Source: an uncultured virus (IMG/VR IMGVR_UViG_3300034071_002561) (lineage: Duplodnaviria; Heunggongvirae; Uroviricota; Caudoviricetes). Taken from it: a stretch of DNA of 64,000 nucleotides. Within the stretch, counting starts at the first letter, position 1, and each line of letters begins with the position of its first letter. This document shows, one piece after another, positions 43,236 through 53,334 of this stretch. Location of the stretch: IMG/VR virus record IMGVR_UViG_3300034071_002561, one strand, 5' to 3'. A program made the translations under genes and the position numbers. Below the pieces are notes generated by a model. The model saw only the letters and a program-made list of their open reading frames with translations, had not been told where the DNA came from and did no database searches.

Positions 43236-43658
43236 ATGCAGATCATCATGGAAGGTAGGGCTAGTCCTACCAAATCAATCATAGAAACCTCCGCGAATTT
43301 CTTTGCCAAAGAACTGGGATTGAGCCGTAGCCGGTTCACTCTGTTGATCATGACTGAACGAGGAATGGCCCGTAAAGAAGGCATGCGAGGTGCGGTGCAT
43401 AAAGTAGGTCCAAAATTTCTTACCATGATCATAGACTCTGGGCTAGAGTTTGAAAGACTGATAATCACCCTGGCACACGAAATGATACATGTCAAACAAT
43501 ATGCTCGCGGTCAGATCAAATCCAGCCGCAGTTGCAAAACACACTATTGGATGGGCCGGCACATACGTAAAAGCTATTACGATCAACCTTGGGAAATCGA
43601 AGCCTATACCAAAGAACGTGTGCTAGCCAATAAAATTTTTGCGATAACAGGAGCATGA
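43236..43658 (+). CDS. Zinc metallopeptidase-like (HExxH)
   Basis: TLAHEMIHVKQY...PWEIEAY. Confidence 0.8.
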   Translation: MQIIMEGRASPTKSIIETSANFFAKELGLSRSRFTLLIMTERGMARKEGMRGAVHKVGPKFLTMIIDSGLEFERLIITLAHEMIHVKQYARGQIKSSRSCKTHYWMGRHIRKSYYDQPWEIEAYTKERVLANKIFAITGA

Positions 43659-43659
43659 C

Positions 43660-44199
43660 ATGAATCCATGGATACAAAACGTAGCACTCAGCGATATCCG
43701 TAAAGGACATCACATCGACGCAGGCATAAACTCTATGCTGATCCAGATCTGCGATCCGCCCGGAGATTTTCCTACTCCTAAACATCAGTTCAAAGAAGTC
43801 CATCAGTTCCAATTCTTGGACATCGAAGAAAAAGACTTTGCATTGGAAGAAGTCATGCGTTGCAGTCAATCACAGGCTGATGAGCTGGTTCGATTACTGC
43901 AACACGCACTAGAGAATCGTATGAATGTAGTTGTTCACTGTCACGCCGGCGTTTGCCGCAGCGGGGCGGTTTGCGAAATCGGTGTTATGCTAGGCTTCCG
44001 CGACACTGAAGCGTTTCGTTCACCGAACCTACTTGTCAAGCATCGCATGATGCGAGCATTGGGTTGGCTCTACGATGAACAGGAACCTCACTCGATCAAT
44101 GGAGTACCGGTTCCAGAAGATTGGACCAACGACAACGAGAAAGTCTTTATGCTAGCCGCTGAACGCAGAGCTCGAAGAGAAAGAGAAGGTGACATATGA
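43660..44199 (+). CDS. Protein tyrosine / dual-specificity phosphatase-like
   Basis: VVHCHAGVCRSGAV (CX5R). Confidence 0.8.
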   Translation: MNPWIQNVALSDIRKGHHIDAGINSMLIQICDPPGDFPTPKHQFKEVHQFQFLDIEEKDFALEEVMRCSQSQADELVRLLQHALENRMNVVVHCHAGVCRSGAVCEIGVMLGFRDTEAFRSPNLLVKHRMMRALGWLYDEQEPHSINGVPVPEDWTNDNEKVFMLAAERRARREREGDI

Positions 44200-44390
44200 A
44201 TATATCAAGTATCCAACGATATCAAATACAACAGTACAATCTGGAACAAAGAAATCTGCAAGAAAAGCGAGAAGAAGATTATCGTAAGTTAGTAGAACGA
44301 AAAAACTTTGAGCAGATTGTTGCAGAACGGGTGGCAAGAAATCTACGGTTAGATCTAGACAAAGGTAGAAACATTGATCTAGAATGTTAA
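44196..44390 (+). CDS. Small hypothetical protein
   Basis: Coupled ORF ending DKGRNIDLEC. Confidence 0.6.
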   Translation: MNISSIQRYQIQQYNLEQRNLQEKREEDYRKLVERKNFEQIVAERVARNLRLDLDKGRNIDLEC

Positions 44391-44413
44391 ACTGTTGTAA
44401 AAATACAACATCT

Positions 44414-44460
44414 AGACCCTGTTAATTTCGATTGACAGGGTTTCTTTTTGGTGCTATAAT
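44414..44460 (+). terminator. Terminator hairpin overlapping a sigma70 promoter
   Basis: ACCCTGTTAAT-TTCG-ATTGACAGGGT followed by T-tract; TTGACA 44432-37 and TATAAT 44455-60. Confidence 0.7.
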
Positions 44461-44466
44461 AGAACA

Positions 44467-44667
44467 ATGATAGAAGTAAAAAGCAAAACAAAAACACAAG
44501 AATTTGAAACATTAGCCCTAGCAATGACGTGGGCTAAGACTGTGAATGAGTTTGTTGTCATCACAGTTAACGGAATGGAAATAGTAGGGCGGTTTGGCGC
44601 AGACAGCGTTGTCAACGGCAAGTGCCCAGATGGTGTAGATTACACCTGGAAAAAACGTAGAATCTAA
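44467..44667 (+). CDS. Small hypothetical protein
   Basis: ATG 6 nt after -10 (leaderless); ends YTWKKRRI. Confidence 0.65.
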   Translation: MIEVKSKTKTQEFETLALAMTWAKTVNEFVVITVNGMEIVGRFGADSVVNGKCPDGVDYTWKKRRI

Positions 44668-44684
44668 AATGAAAGGAGGGCAAG

Positions 44685-45290
44685 ATGCCTAGTGTATTTT
44701 TAGTATCAGACACGCACTTTGGACACACAGGTGTTTGCCGCTTCACCCGTGATGATGGCACTAAATTGCGCCCTTGGGACTCTGCTGAAGAAATGGACGA
44801 AGCCATGGTCAAGGCATGGAATGAACGTGTAAAACCCACTGACAAGGTCTACCATTTGGGCGATGTTGTCATCAACCGCAAAGCGTTGAGTATTTTGCAT
44901 CGTTTAAATGGCGACAAGGTGTTGATCCGTGGTAACCACGATATTTTCAAAGACACGGATTATATCCAACACTTCCGCGAATTACGTGCCTATCATGTGA
45001 TGAACGGTATGATCTTAAGTCATATCCCTGTACACGAAGCCAGTTTGGGTCGATTTGGTGTTAACATACACGGACACCTGCACTCAAATCGTGTGCGTAA
45101 AGCTCGCGGGGTTGATGCTAGAACAGGTGCTGTGTTGTACGGTGATGAAATAGATGTTCGTTATCACTGTGTATGTGTGGAACAGACACCGGATTTTGCC
45201 CCTATATTGTTCGAAGATGTCATAGCACGTATACAAGCAGAAGGCGGCGAAGTAGGTTTCCGCAATGGCAACGGACCTACAGTGGATTAG
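44685..45290 (+). CDS. Calcineurin-like metallophosphoesterase
   Basis: SDTHFGH, YHLGD, RGNHD, SHIP, HGHLH. Confidence 0.9.
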   Translation: MPSVFLVSDTHFGHTGVCRFTRDDGTKLRPWDSAEEMDEAMVKAWNERVKPTDKVYHLGDVVINRKALSILHRLNGDKVLIRGNHDIFKDTDYIQHFRELRAYHVMNGMILSHIPVHEASLGRFGVNIHGHLHSNRVRKARGVDARTGAVLYGDEIDVRYHCVCVEQTPDFAPILFEDVIARIQAEGGEVGFRNGNGPTVD

Positions 45291-45338
45291 AACATAGTTC
45301 TATTTGAGCGTCAGCCCCTAGGCGCTATACAAAAGGGC

Positions 45339-45368
45339 AAAATAGCACCTTCGGGTGCTATTTTTTTG
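45339..45368 (+). terminator. Rho-independent terminator
   Basis: AAAATAGCACC-TTCG-GGTGCTA followed by T-tract. Confidence 0.88.
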
Positions 45369-45429
45369 GCTATATGTTCTGGACTCTGCGACATAAATAT
45401 ATGAGTAGGAATAATCCAGGAGTTTAAAC

Positions 45430-47478
45430 ATGCCCTTACAGATTCGCAGAGGCACAAACGCACAAAGACAAGCCATGACACAGGCCCTAGCTCAGGGCGA
45501 ACTGTTGTATGTTACTGATGAACAAAAATTATATGTTGGTAATGGCAGCACACTAGGTGGCATACAAATTACCGGTTATACTGATGAAAATGCACAGGAT
45601 GCTGCTGCAGGATTGTTTGCCAACGGCACACACAGTGGTATAACTTTCGCATATAATGACGCAGGCGCTAGTATATCTGCCGAATTAGATCTAACTACCA
45701 ACACAGGTACAATAGGCGGAGTATTTAAAGGCGACGTAGTAGCAGAAGATTCTACTCTACTCATAGATGCTACTTTGGGCAGAATTGTTGGACCTGTATT
45801 TTCTAATGTCACAGGCAATGTCACAGGCAATGTCACAGGCAATGTCACAGGCAATGTCACAGGTAATGCAGACACTGCTACAACAGCTACCACAGCCACC
45901 ACAGTAGCACTTACTGCTACTAATTTTACCGCAACTGGACACTTTATCACATTCGTTGATACCGCTACTGGCAATGAAACCTTAAGAACAGATACCGCCC
46001 TAACATATAACCCAAGCACTGATACATTAACTGCCGGCATTTTTTCGGGCACTTTATCCGGTAATACTGTCGGATATCATACAGGTGACGTTAAAGGTTC
46101 TGTATTTGCAGATGATTCAACTATGTTGGTAGATGCAACCGGCGGACGATTCTTTGGAGATCTAACAGGTAATGTCAGTGGTAACATTGAGACTAACTTA
46201 ATTTCTTCTGCAACATCTACTACCATTGTTGTAGATACCCCCGTTAATTTTCAGACTGCGGTAACTGTTGAGGGTGATTCGAATTTTTACAGTGAAGGTA
46301 CCTTCATAACCAATGAAACAAATCTTCGGACTATAGCATTAGATCAATTCCATGATGACTCTGTATCGGCTTCTTTTCTTAATCTAAGAAGAGCTCGAGG
46401 AAATGATTTATCCCCATTAAACGTGTTAGATGGTGACACAATAGGTGCAGTTATATCTAGTGCCAAGGTTACTGACGGATATGACACAGTTGCTGGTATT
46501 TTTACAAAAATTCAAGGAACACCAACATCATCTATAGCGCCAGCTGGTTTTGAATTCTGGACTAGATCATCTACCACAAACACGTTCGGACCGCGATTAA
46601 GAATAAGAAATGATGGGCAATTATTTCAAAATATCGATGACTTCTCTACAGCTCCTGCTTATAGATTGGTGCAAATTCATAACAACCAGGAAAGCAGAGA
46701 TTTTAGATTAACCAAGGCTAGGGAATCTGGAGGATTACCAATCGCTGTTCAACCCGACGACGTGCTTGCTAAATTTAATTTTGCAGGTTACGACGGTGCT
46801 GACTATTCAAATTCTGCTCAAATAAGATCAGTTGTAGAAACCGGATCTACGGTAACTACTGGCAGAGTGCCGGGAAGACTTGATTTTTATGTTGCGAATA
46901 GTGTCGGTACCTTGATAGAAAAAATGTCGATAGGCGCTGTTTCTACATTAATCAATGGACAATTGATCGTAGCTTCGGCAACTGCGAACTCATTACCATT
47001 GTATCTTCAAAATAATACCAGTTCGGTTACTGATGGTGCTAGATTAGGAATGCGTAGATCTAGGGGAACATATACTGCACCGACTGCTGTTCAAAACGGT
47101 GATGTGTTGTATAGACTAGGATGGGGCGGCTACGACGGATCGGTCTACAGAGACAGTGCCTTTATAACAGGTACCGTAACCGGAGCTGTGAGTTCAGGGG
47201 TAATACCGACTAAGTTGAGTATCTTAACTGAAAACTCTTCAGGAACTAAAACCCTTGCATTAGAAATCACAGACAGTCAGGTTGTAAAAATTGATACCAT
47301 AGCATCCTTGACCGGACAGTCTACTAATTTCAGTAATGCTGTTCGTTTAGTTGTATATGCTGATAATACAGCCAGAGATGCTGCAATAACTTCACCTACT
47401 GCTGGTATGATGGTGTTTAATACCACCGGAACAAAATTCCAAGGATATACAGGCGCAGCCTGGGTTGATCTAAATTAA
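45430..47478 (+). CDS. Tail fibre / virion structural protein
   Basis: MPLQIRRGT...LAQGELLYVTDEQKLYVGNG N-terminus; GNVT repeats; RRARG-type internal repeats; C-terminal GMMVFNTT..FQGY..AW; TAAATA upstream. Confidence 0.75.
   Translation: MPLQIRRGTNAQRQAMTQALAQGELLYVTDEQKLYVGNGSTLGGIQITGYTDENAQDAAAGLFANGTHSGITFAYNDAGASISAELDLTTNTGTIGGVFKGDVVAEDSTLLIDATLGRIVGPVFSNVTGNVTGNVTGNVTGNVTGNADTATTATTATTVALTATNFTATGHFITFVDTATGNETLRTDTALTYNPSTDTLTAGIFSGTLSGNTVGYHTGDVKGSVFADDSTMLVDATGGRFFGDLTGNVSGNIETNLISSATSTTIVVDTPVNFQTAVTVEGDSNFYSEGTFITNETNLRTIALDQFHDDSVSASFLNLRRARGNDLSPLNVLDGDTIGAVISSAKVTDGYDTVAGIFTKIQGTPTSSIAPAGFEFWTRSSTTNTFGPRLRIRNDGQLFQNIDDFSTAPAYRLVQIHNNQESRDFRLTKARESGGLPIAVQPDDVLAKFNFAGYDGADYSNSAQIRSVVETGSTVTTGRVPGRLDFYVANSVGTLIEKMSIGAVSTLINGQLIVASATANSLPLYLQNNTSSVTDGARLGMRRSRGTYTAPTAVQNGDVLYRLGWGGYDGSVYRDSAFITGTVTGAVSSGVIPTKLSILTENSSGTKTLALEITDSQVVKIDTIASLTGQSTNFSNAVRLVVYADNTARDAAITSPTAGMMVFNTTGTKFQGYTGAAWVDLN
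45805..45867 (+). repeat. 12-bp tandem repeat AATGTCACAGGC x5 (NVTG)
   Basis: Directly visible tandem repeat. Confidence 0.9.
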
Positions 47479-48444
47479 CTCTGACATAAGATTGTCAACT
47501 AGATCTTGAAGAGGTAATATTTTGTCGATAAAATCGACGGATGACCCCATACATATGTGACCAACATTGGAGTTTTTAATTCCTTGTTTCAAAGATAGAC
47601 TATGATTGATATCATCTTTATCTATTTCAGAAAAAATAATACTGTTCTGACCTGTTTGAAATCTTGATAAATCATGCCGTGTTGATCTAATAATTTTTTC
47701 TTTGACATCGGTTGATATCTCACATTCTATAGCAGTGATAAAATATGATCCTATTCCTATGATTTCTGCGCCGGCATTGATAAATTCTTTTACCTGCGAA
47801 CCAGAATGTATGCCACCAGTTGGAACAAAAACTTTATCAGGAGATGCAGTCTCTAGTTGTAAAAATTCTTCAATCAGTGTTTTTCTATCGTTGTGAACTA
47901 TGGTTTTTCCTGACGCATCACTTGATTTAATTATTGCTCCTGAAAACAAATCTTTAACGCGATCGGTTTTTTTAATCCAATGATCTGGTATTAAACATTT
48001 AAATAGACATTTTATTCCTGCTCTTTCTATATCTAAAAAAATAGATTCTAGTCTTGACATATTTTTTTCAAAAACATCTTTGTTGTCATCGATTTCAGAC
48101 CTGTAAATATGTCCTGTTTCGTCTATAACTTCTAGATGAGAAAATAACTTTTTAGAACAAATATTTAAAAATTCTGGCTTACACATGTCAAAAAGTTCTA
48201 CACTTACTATTAAATTATTTGTTCCGGTTAAGTTATTGAATATTGTTAGGTCTTTTTCGAACTGATGAACATCAAACAATTCCTTCCCATAATAATAGTT
48301 ATATGCTGATATAGAAGGAAAAATTCCAACCCGATTACATGCAACAGCGAAATTCATCGTTGAAACTTTATTCATAGCCGCTAGCATTATCGGATATTTG
48401 CTATCAAACAATTTCAACGGCCTAGATAGAAATCGTTGATTCAT
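47470..48444 (-). CDS. Nitronate monooxygenase / FabK-like FMN TIM-barrel protein
   Basis: YPIMLAAMNKVS, VPTGGIHSG, GAEIIGIGSYF...EC. Confidence 0.7.
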   Translation of the reverse strand: MNQRFLSRPLKLFDSKYPIMLAAMNKVSTMNFAVACNRVGIFPSISAYNYYYGKELFDVHQFEKDLTIFNNLTGTNNLIVSVELFDMCKPEFLNICSKKLFSHLEVIDETGHIYRSEIDDNKDVFEKNMSRLESIFLDIERAGIKCLFKCLIPDHWIKKTDRVKDLFSGAIIKSSDASGKTIVHNDRKTLIEEFLQLETASPDKVFVPTGGIHSGSQVKEFINAGAEIIGIGSYFITAIECEISTDVKEKIIRSTRHDLSRFQTGQNSIIFSEIDKDDINHSLSLKQGIKNSNVGHICMGSSVDFIDKILPLQDLVDNLMSELI

Positions 48445-49413
48445 CTATTTTTGAACCACTGTCCTTTCAGCCAACGGCTGATATAGTTTTTTGGCATCTA
48501 GTATAACTTTTTTGATTCCGTTGGGGCTAAGGTATTCTTTTTCTATTGTTTCAAAATTATCTTCGAAACTTTTAGATATTACCGGGTTTTCCAGAGCCAC
48601 TCGCATTTCTTTATTAAACCATGCTACGATTTCTGGTTTTGTCTTAGGAGGCAAAACAATCAGCCTGTAGATATAGAAATTCAAATCTTTAATTTCTCTA
48701 TTAAAAACTTGATACTGAGGGGAAGTCGCAAAAGGCGAATTTGCTGTGATGCCTATTATTTTAATTTTTCCAGTTGATTCTGCGGTCTTTATCAGCCCTG
48801 CAGGTATTACTCCGAAATCTAAATTTCCGGAAGCAACGTCCATCATTACTTCTCTTGCTGCTTTATATCTAATTTCTTTTACTTTAGACTTATCGGCTTT
48901 ACTGTGATGCATGATAGAATAATACGGTATTGCTTGCGTACCAGTGGCTGTGCCAAAATTTAAATTTTTATTATTCAAGTTTAAATATTGAATTAACTCT
49001 TTGGGATTGTTCACTGGACTATTAATTGGAGAGATAATAACTGCAGGATCAGATGGTAATCCAATTACATATTCAAAACTATCTGCGTTCCATTTAACTC
49101 TATCTTTGAATACAATTTCGCTCCAAATAAATACATCACCAAAAAAAGGCATCAACATATGATGTCCATCATTTGGCATAGATATGAAATTGTTTGTTAC
49201 CTCTACCTGTCCCGGACCTGGTTTATAGTGGTAACTAAAAGAAACGTTGGTTCTTTTGGTAATGTCATCTGTGACTCGCCTTAGTGCGATTTCTGCTGTG
49301 GTTCCTGGACCAGCACCTATGTAGATGTTTACCGGTTGATTCGGCTGCCATGCGTGAGCATTGATAACTCCGTTGCAGATTAAAAACAAAGTAAATAAAA
49401 TTTTTTTCATCAA
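48445..49413 (-). CDS. Bug/TctC substrate-binding protein
   Basis: Signal peptide; GAGPGTT, YKPGPG, PNDGH, DVASGNLD, PPKTKPEI. Confidence 0.8.
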   Translation of the reverse strand: MMKKILFTLFLICNGVINAHAWQPNQPVNIYIGAGPGTTAEIALRRVTDDITKRTNVSFSYHYKPGPGQVEVTNNFISMPNDGHHMLMPFFGDVFIWSEIVFKDRVKWNADSFEYVIGLPSDPAVIISPINSPVNNPKELIQYLNLNNKNLNFGTATGTQAIPYYSIMHHSKADKSKVKEIRYKAAREVMMDVASGNLDFGVIPAGLIKTAESTGKIKIIGITANSPFATSPQYQVFNREIKDLNFYIYRLIVLPPKTKPEIVAWFNKEMRVALENPVISKSFEDNFETIEKEYLSPNGIKKVILDAKKLYQPLAERTVVQK

Positions 49414-49432
49414 ATATACCTTTTAAAATTTT

Positions 49433-50680
49433 TCATTGTGTATAGCTTCCTATTTTGACAGGTATAGAAAATATAGGCTTATACCCTGTAGGAAGTCCGG
49501 CAGAATCGTGGTGTAGAAATTCAGAATCGATCCCACGTAAATAACTATATATGTGATGATTCCATTTGTCTCTTACTAATTTGGTTTCATGATGTTCCCA
49601 AAAAACCCAATCCTGTGGTTTTCCGTTGTGTATTCCGTTTAAAAACTTAATATCTTTGACTACCTGAAATCTATCAAAAGACCAATAAGGATATAATACC
49701 TTTTTGGAAATATCACTTTTCTTGTTAAATTTTAAACTTGCTATAGATAATGGATCGTATCCCTCTAGATTTTCATATTTGTATTTTTCTTCGAGCAACC
49801 ACCGATCTTCTGGATTATTCTTATAATACAGAAAATTCTGATATGCCATTTCTACAGCCAATAACGGCATGTCAGGAGTCCAATAAAAATATTCACCTCC
49901 ATTACCAGTGTAGGTTACATTGTGCTGCAACGTCCAATCAACAAAATGCATTTTCACTGTGTTCGGATCATCATCTAGAACTATCAAATTAGGTTTGTCT
50001 GCTCCCTCGATTAACCCAACTTTGAGGCCTTTGTTACTTAGATTTTTTTCATGATCTGAAAACCATTGCATCCTATAAAAACTAGTTGGACTGTGATAGT
50101 GATTTTGTTTTTCAAACATCGCATCTTCAACATTTTTTTCTCTAGTTATATCTGATAGCCAATCATCGATATGTATTTCTATCTCCGGATAATTTTTGGA
50201 GATCCAATCTAAGTCAGGCTTGATCACAAAGTCCCATTCACTCAACTCGTTTCGGGGAGAAAAGTCTATGTTATTAGGCTTGTACAACCCTTTTCCGATA
50301 GCAGAGACTGGCCAATTCACATAGATAGCATCTAATTTTATCTTGTTTTTAAGAAAGGTCATTAACACATTGTGGCTATCGGATCCTCCGCTATAACGTA
50401 AAATTAGATAATCATACTTGTCTCGCAGTTGTTGAGCTCTTTCTTTATAGAGATTTTCTAGGGGAGTAGTTCCCAACAACCTGTAATCTATACTTTTAAA
50501 TAGATCAAAATAATACATAAAAACTACACGAGCATTTATGCCTTGTTTTCTAAGACGAGTGGCCTCTAAAAGTGCTTCTACTTTATTAAAGTAATCATTG
50601 ATCTTTTGACGAGTAGTACAATTATAAACTCTATAGCATCCCGAAGGGGTTGCCGATAAATCTATTTCATTCATGATCAA
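49433..50680 (-). CDS. PP-loop (adenine nucleotide alpha-hydrolase) family protein A
   Basis: LYKERAQQLRDKYDYLILRYSGGSDSHN, GADKP, EYFYWTPD. Confidence 0.75.
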   Translation of the reverse strand: MIMNEIDLSATPSGCYRVYNCTTRQKINDYFNKVEALLEATRLRKQGINARVVFMYYFDLFKSIDYRLLGTTPLENLYKERAQQLRDKYDYLILRYSGGSDSHNVLMTFLKNKIKLDAIYVNWPVSAIGKGLYKPNNIDFSPRNELSEWDFVIKPDLDWISKNYPEIEIHIDDWLSDITREKNVEDAMFEKQNHYHSPTSFYRMQWFSDHEKNLSNKGLKVGLIEGADKPNLIVLDDDPNTVKMHFVDWTLQHNVTYTGNGGEYFYWTPDMPLLAVEMAYQNFLYYKNNPEDRWLLEEKYKYENLEGYDPLSIASLKFNKKSDISKKVLYPYWSFDRFQVVKDIKFLNGIHNGKPQDWVFWEHHETKLVRDKWNHHIYSYLRGIDSEFLHHDSAGLPTGYKPIFSIPVKIGSYTQ

Positions 50681-51987
50681 CCTTTTTCAAAAATTCCCAA
50701 ACAATGTTTATTCAGTAATTCAAAAACGTCAGGAAGAACTTCTTTCCACTTGGTGTTTCTTTTTAGATCTAGAATATCCATTTTAGTTACAAAATCTTTT
50801 ACATGATCTAAATTAACATGATCCATATATGTCTCAAGCATGTTTATTTCTATCCTAGCATACTTGAGGTATTGGGGATCATGTGAATAATCTAATAAAT
50901 TTTTTATGATTTCTTCTTTTGCTGATCTGGGTAAGTGCCTTATATTCAACCACTCTGGACCATCTAAAAATCTATATTGTTGTTGTTTGATTCCGTGTTT
51001 TTTACAAAATTCGTAAACTCTTTGAACGCTGTAAATACTGGCTATTCCTATGCAGGTGCTGAGATAACTAATGTCTATGTTGTGTTCTTTAATGTAAATT
51101 AAATTTTTTTCAAAGGTTTCAAAATTTCCCATGTAACGAATTAGATCATATCTTTCTTCAGTTTCGTCTATGCTTATGCACAAAAATACATTTTTAAAAT
51201 TTATCCATTTGTCTATAACTTTTTTGTTAATGACGCTGAGATTCGTATCATACCTCAATTGTATATTTTTGGATAATCCTCTTTCAATCAACTTATCTAG
51301 ACATTCCTGCATCTGAGGCACTAATAACGGCTCCCCGCCTGTGAAATAAATGTACTCGAGTTGCGGAGCAATTTTATCAAACATTTCCCACCATCTCTCT
51401 GATTCCCACCAAGGCTCGTATCCAGCCATCCGATATTTTCCGTTGTTGTCTTGATATATAGGAAATTCTTTTCTTTTGAGAACAAAATTGCTGCTACCAG
51501 TTAGAGCCACCCAATCTTCATACCACTGATTGCTGTGTAAAGGACTACACATGATGCATTTTTGATTACACAAATTTCCAAAGCGAAGATCTAAATTTAT
51601 CACTTTAGGATTCAATAATGTTCCGTCCGACAGTGTGACGTCTTTGGCCGTTTCAACATTTATATAATTTTTTAATTCTACGGCGGTCTGTTGAAGTACA
51701 CGTTGACGTTTGCTTGCACCATTAGCACATTCGACATCATAACAATTTGTACACCTCAAAGGTTGTATATTTCGAGACATGTCTCTTCTATGTTTTTTGT
51801 GTGTCTCACTGTTCATTGCTTCATCAATAGAATGCGTCATCACATTGAGAACTTTGTCGTTGATATCTCTGGCCATTCCGTAATCTGTGTCATAGTTAGC
51901 TAGACAACATATCTTGTAATCTCCTTGTCCATCTATTTCAATTTGGCTCCATGCCTCAGGACAAAAAGATTCTAAATTAAAGCTCAT
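50677..51987 (-). CDS. Radical SAM protein with N-terminal twitch/SPASM-like domain
   Basis: CNQKCIMC (CxxxCxxC), FTGGEP; N-terminal CPEAW..ICC..CTNC. Confidence 0.88.
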   Translation of the reverse strand: MSFNLESFCPEAWSQIEIDGQGDYKICCLANYDTDYGMARDINDKVLNVMTHSIDEAMNSETHKKHRRDMSRNIQPLRCTNCYDVECANGASKRQRVLQQTAVELKNYINVETAKDVTLSDGTLLNPKVINLDLRFGNLCNQKCIMCSPLHSNQWYEDWVALTGSSNFVLKRKEFPIYQDNNGKYRMAGYEPWWESERWWEMFDKIAPQLEYIYFTGGEPLLVPQMQECLDKLIERGLSKNIQLRYDTNLSVINKKVIDKWINFKNVFLCISIDETEERYDLIRYMGNFETFEKNLIYIKEHNIDISYLSTCIGIASIYSVQRVYEFCKKHGIKQQQYRFLDGPEWLNIRHLPRSAKEEIIKNLLDYSHDPQYLKYARIEINMLETYMDHVNLDHVKDFVTKMDILDLKRNTKWKEVLPDVFELLNKHCLGIFEKG

Positions 51988-52053
51988 GTGATTTCCTCCG
52001 CAATTTACTTAGCAAAAATTCTAAGTAGAAAAATGAATACTGATAAATACCTT

Positions 52054-52794
52054 GTGATTAAACTTGTCAATAATGAACTATTTGTAGGACTTGAATCTTT
52101 TTTGGATCTCAAAAAATTAGACGATTTGCATGATAAAATATCTTATGCTATCGGAAAGAGCGCAGATTCAATTTATCCTGCTAGCCCCCCTTCCTACTCG
52201 TTTGCTGAGTCTGAATTGATGTCTCATCATCAATTGAAAGAGGAATTGAGGAAGGAAACTCCCGAACTAAACAATTTTCAATTAGATTGGTATGCATTGA
52301 TGCATGGATGTGCTGGTCACGGATTTTGTCTTTTCCTTAGAAACATCAGCAACTATCCGGCAGATTTTAGATTTAAATGTTTAAATTCTTACACATCGTT
52401 AACTCCCGCCGGACATAATTTTGATTTTCTGTTTAATTGGATTGACGATCAAAATTGTTTCAAGGAATATGGTAGAGTGTTATTTTTTATATCACCTGCT
52501 GGATCCGAGGGAATCATACATCGTGACAACAAAGGTTTAGATGAATATGTAGATAATTTTATTTGGATAACTGGTAAACATCCTAAAAAGTTATTTTTAT
52601 TCGACACAGACACCGGCGAACGACACGTGTCTGATCATAGAGCAATGTATTTCATGAACCATAATTATCATGGCACTGTTAATGATTCGGATTACTGGAG
52701 TTGGAGTCTTAGAATTGACGGGGTGTTTACTGACGAGTTCTTAGAAAAAACTCATTTAAATAATTTTTTCGAAAATTCTAAACCCAATCATTGA
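52054..52794 (+). CDS. Hypothetical cupin/oxygenase-like protein (start uncertain)
   Basis: IHRD...NYHG...SLRIDG. Confidence 0.55.
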   Translation: MIKLVNNELFVGLESFLDLKKLDDLHDKISYAIGKSADSIYPASPPSYSFAESELMSHHQLKEELRKETPELNNFQLDWYALMHGCAGHGFCLFLRNISNYPADFRFKCLNSYTSLTPAGHNFDFLFNWIDDQNCFKEYGRVLFFISPAGSEGIIHRDNKGLDEYVDNFIWITGKHPKKLFLFDTDTGERHVSDHRAMYFMNHNYHGTVNDSDYWSWSLRIDGVFTDEFLEKTHLNNFFENSKPNH

Positions 52795-53291
52795 TGTTCA
52801 TTTACGGACATTACCAGATGAATTCTACCTAAAGTTTCATGTCCATTTAAAAAAGTATGTAACTTGGTAGTGTCAGTCGAATAGATTCTACCTTCTAGCA
52901 ATCTAAAACATTGTTTTTCAATCGGCCAAACCATCCAGCACTGATCGTTTGTTACAATAGGAATATGTATTCTTTTAAACGGATCAGCATGAACAGAATA
53001 GCATTTTCTTGGATCCATCAAAATAATTCTGCTTCTGAAACCTTTAAATCGTTGTATAAGACCTTCAATGGATGATCCCTTTAAAACTGAATTAATCACT
53101 TGATATTTGGTTTCATCTTGTTCACTCAAGGCCTTCAAGGACCCAGTATTATTGTACCAATCATCTTGTCCTTCATAGAGATTTTGTAATGATATTTGAT
53201 TATCTTTAAACCCTATGTTGGCAATGATATCGTTGATATCCTTGGTTAACTCAGAAAAATTTTCTAGTTTTTCAATATGTGTAAACAGCAT
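52788..53291 (-). CDS. Aspartyl/asparaginyl beta-hydroxylase-like 2OG oxygenase
   Basis: CYSVHAD, RIHIPIVTN, DTTKLHTFLN, RIHLV. Confidence 0.75.
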   Translation of the reverse strand: MLFTHIEKLENFSELTKDINDIIANIGFKDNQISLQNLYEGQDDWYNNTGSLKALSEQDETKYQVINSVLKGSSIEGLIQRFKGFRSRIILMDPRKCYSVHADPFKRIHIPIVTNDQCWMVWPIEKQCFRLLEGRIYSTDTTKLHTFLNGHETLGRIHLVMSVNEHQ

Positions 53292-53334
53292 GAATTTATT
53301 TATGACCAGGCAATTGCTTATAAATATTTGTAAC

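Noticed and set aside
45805..45867. Short direct repeats (also 19371-19425) as possible CRISPR array
   Set aside because: Spacer-less 12-bp in-frame coding repeats; no cas genes
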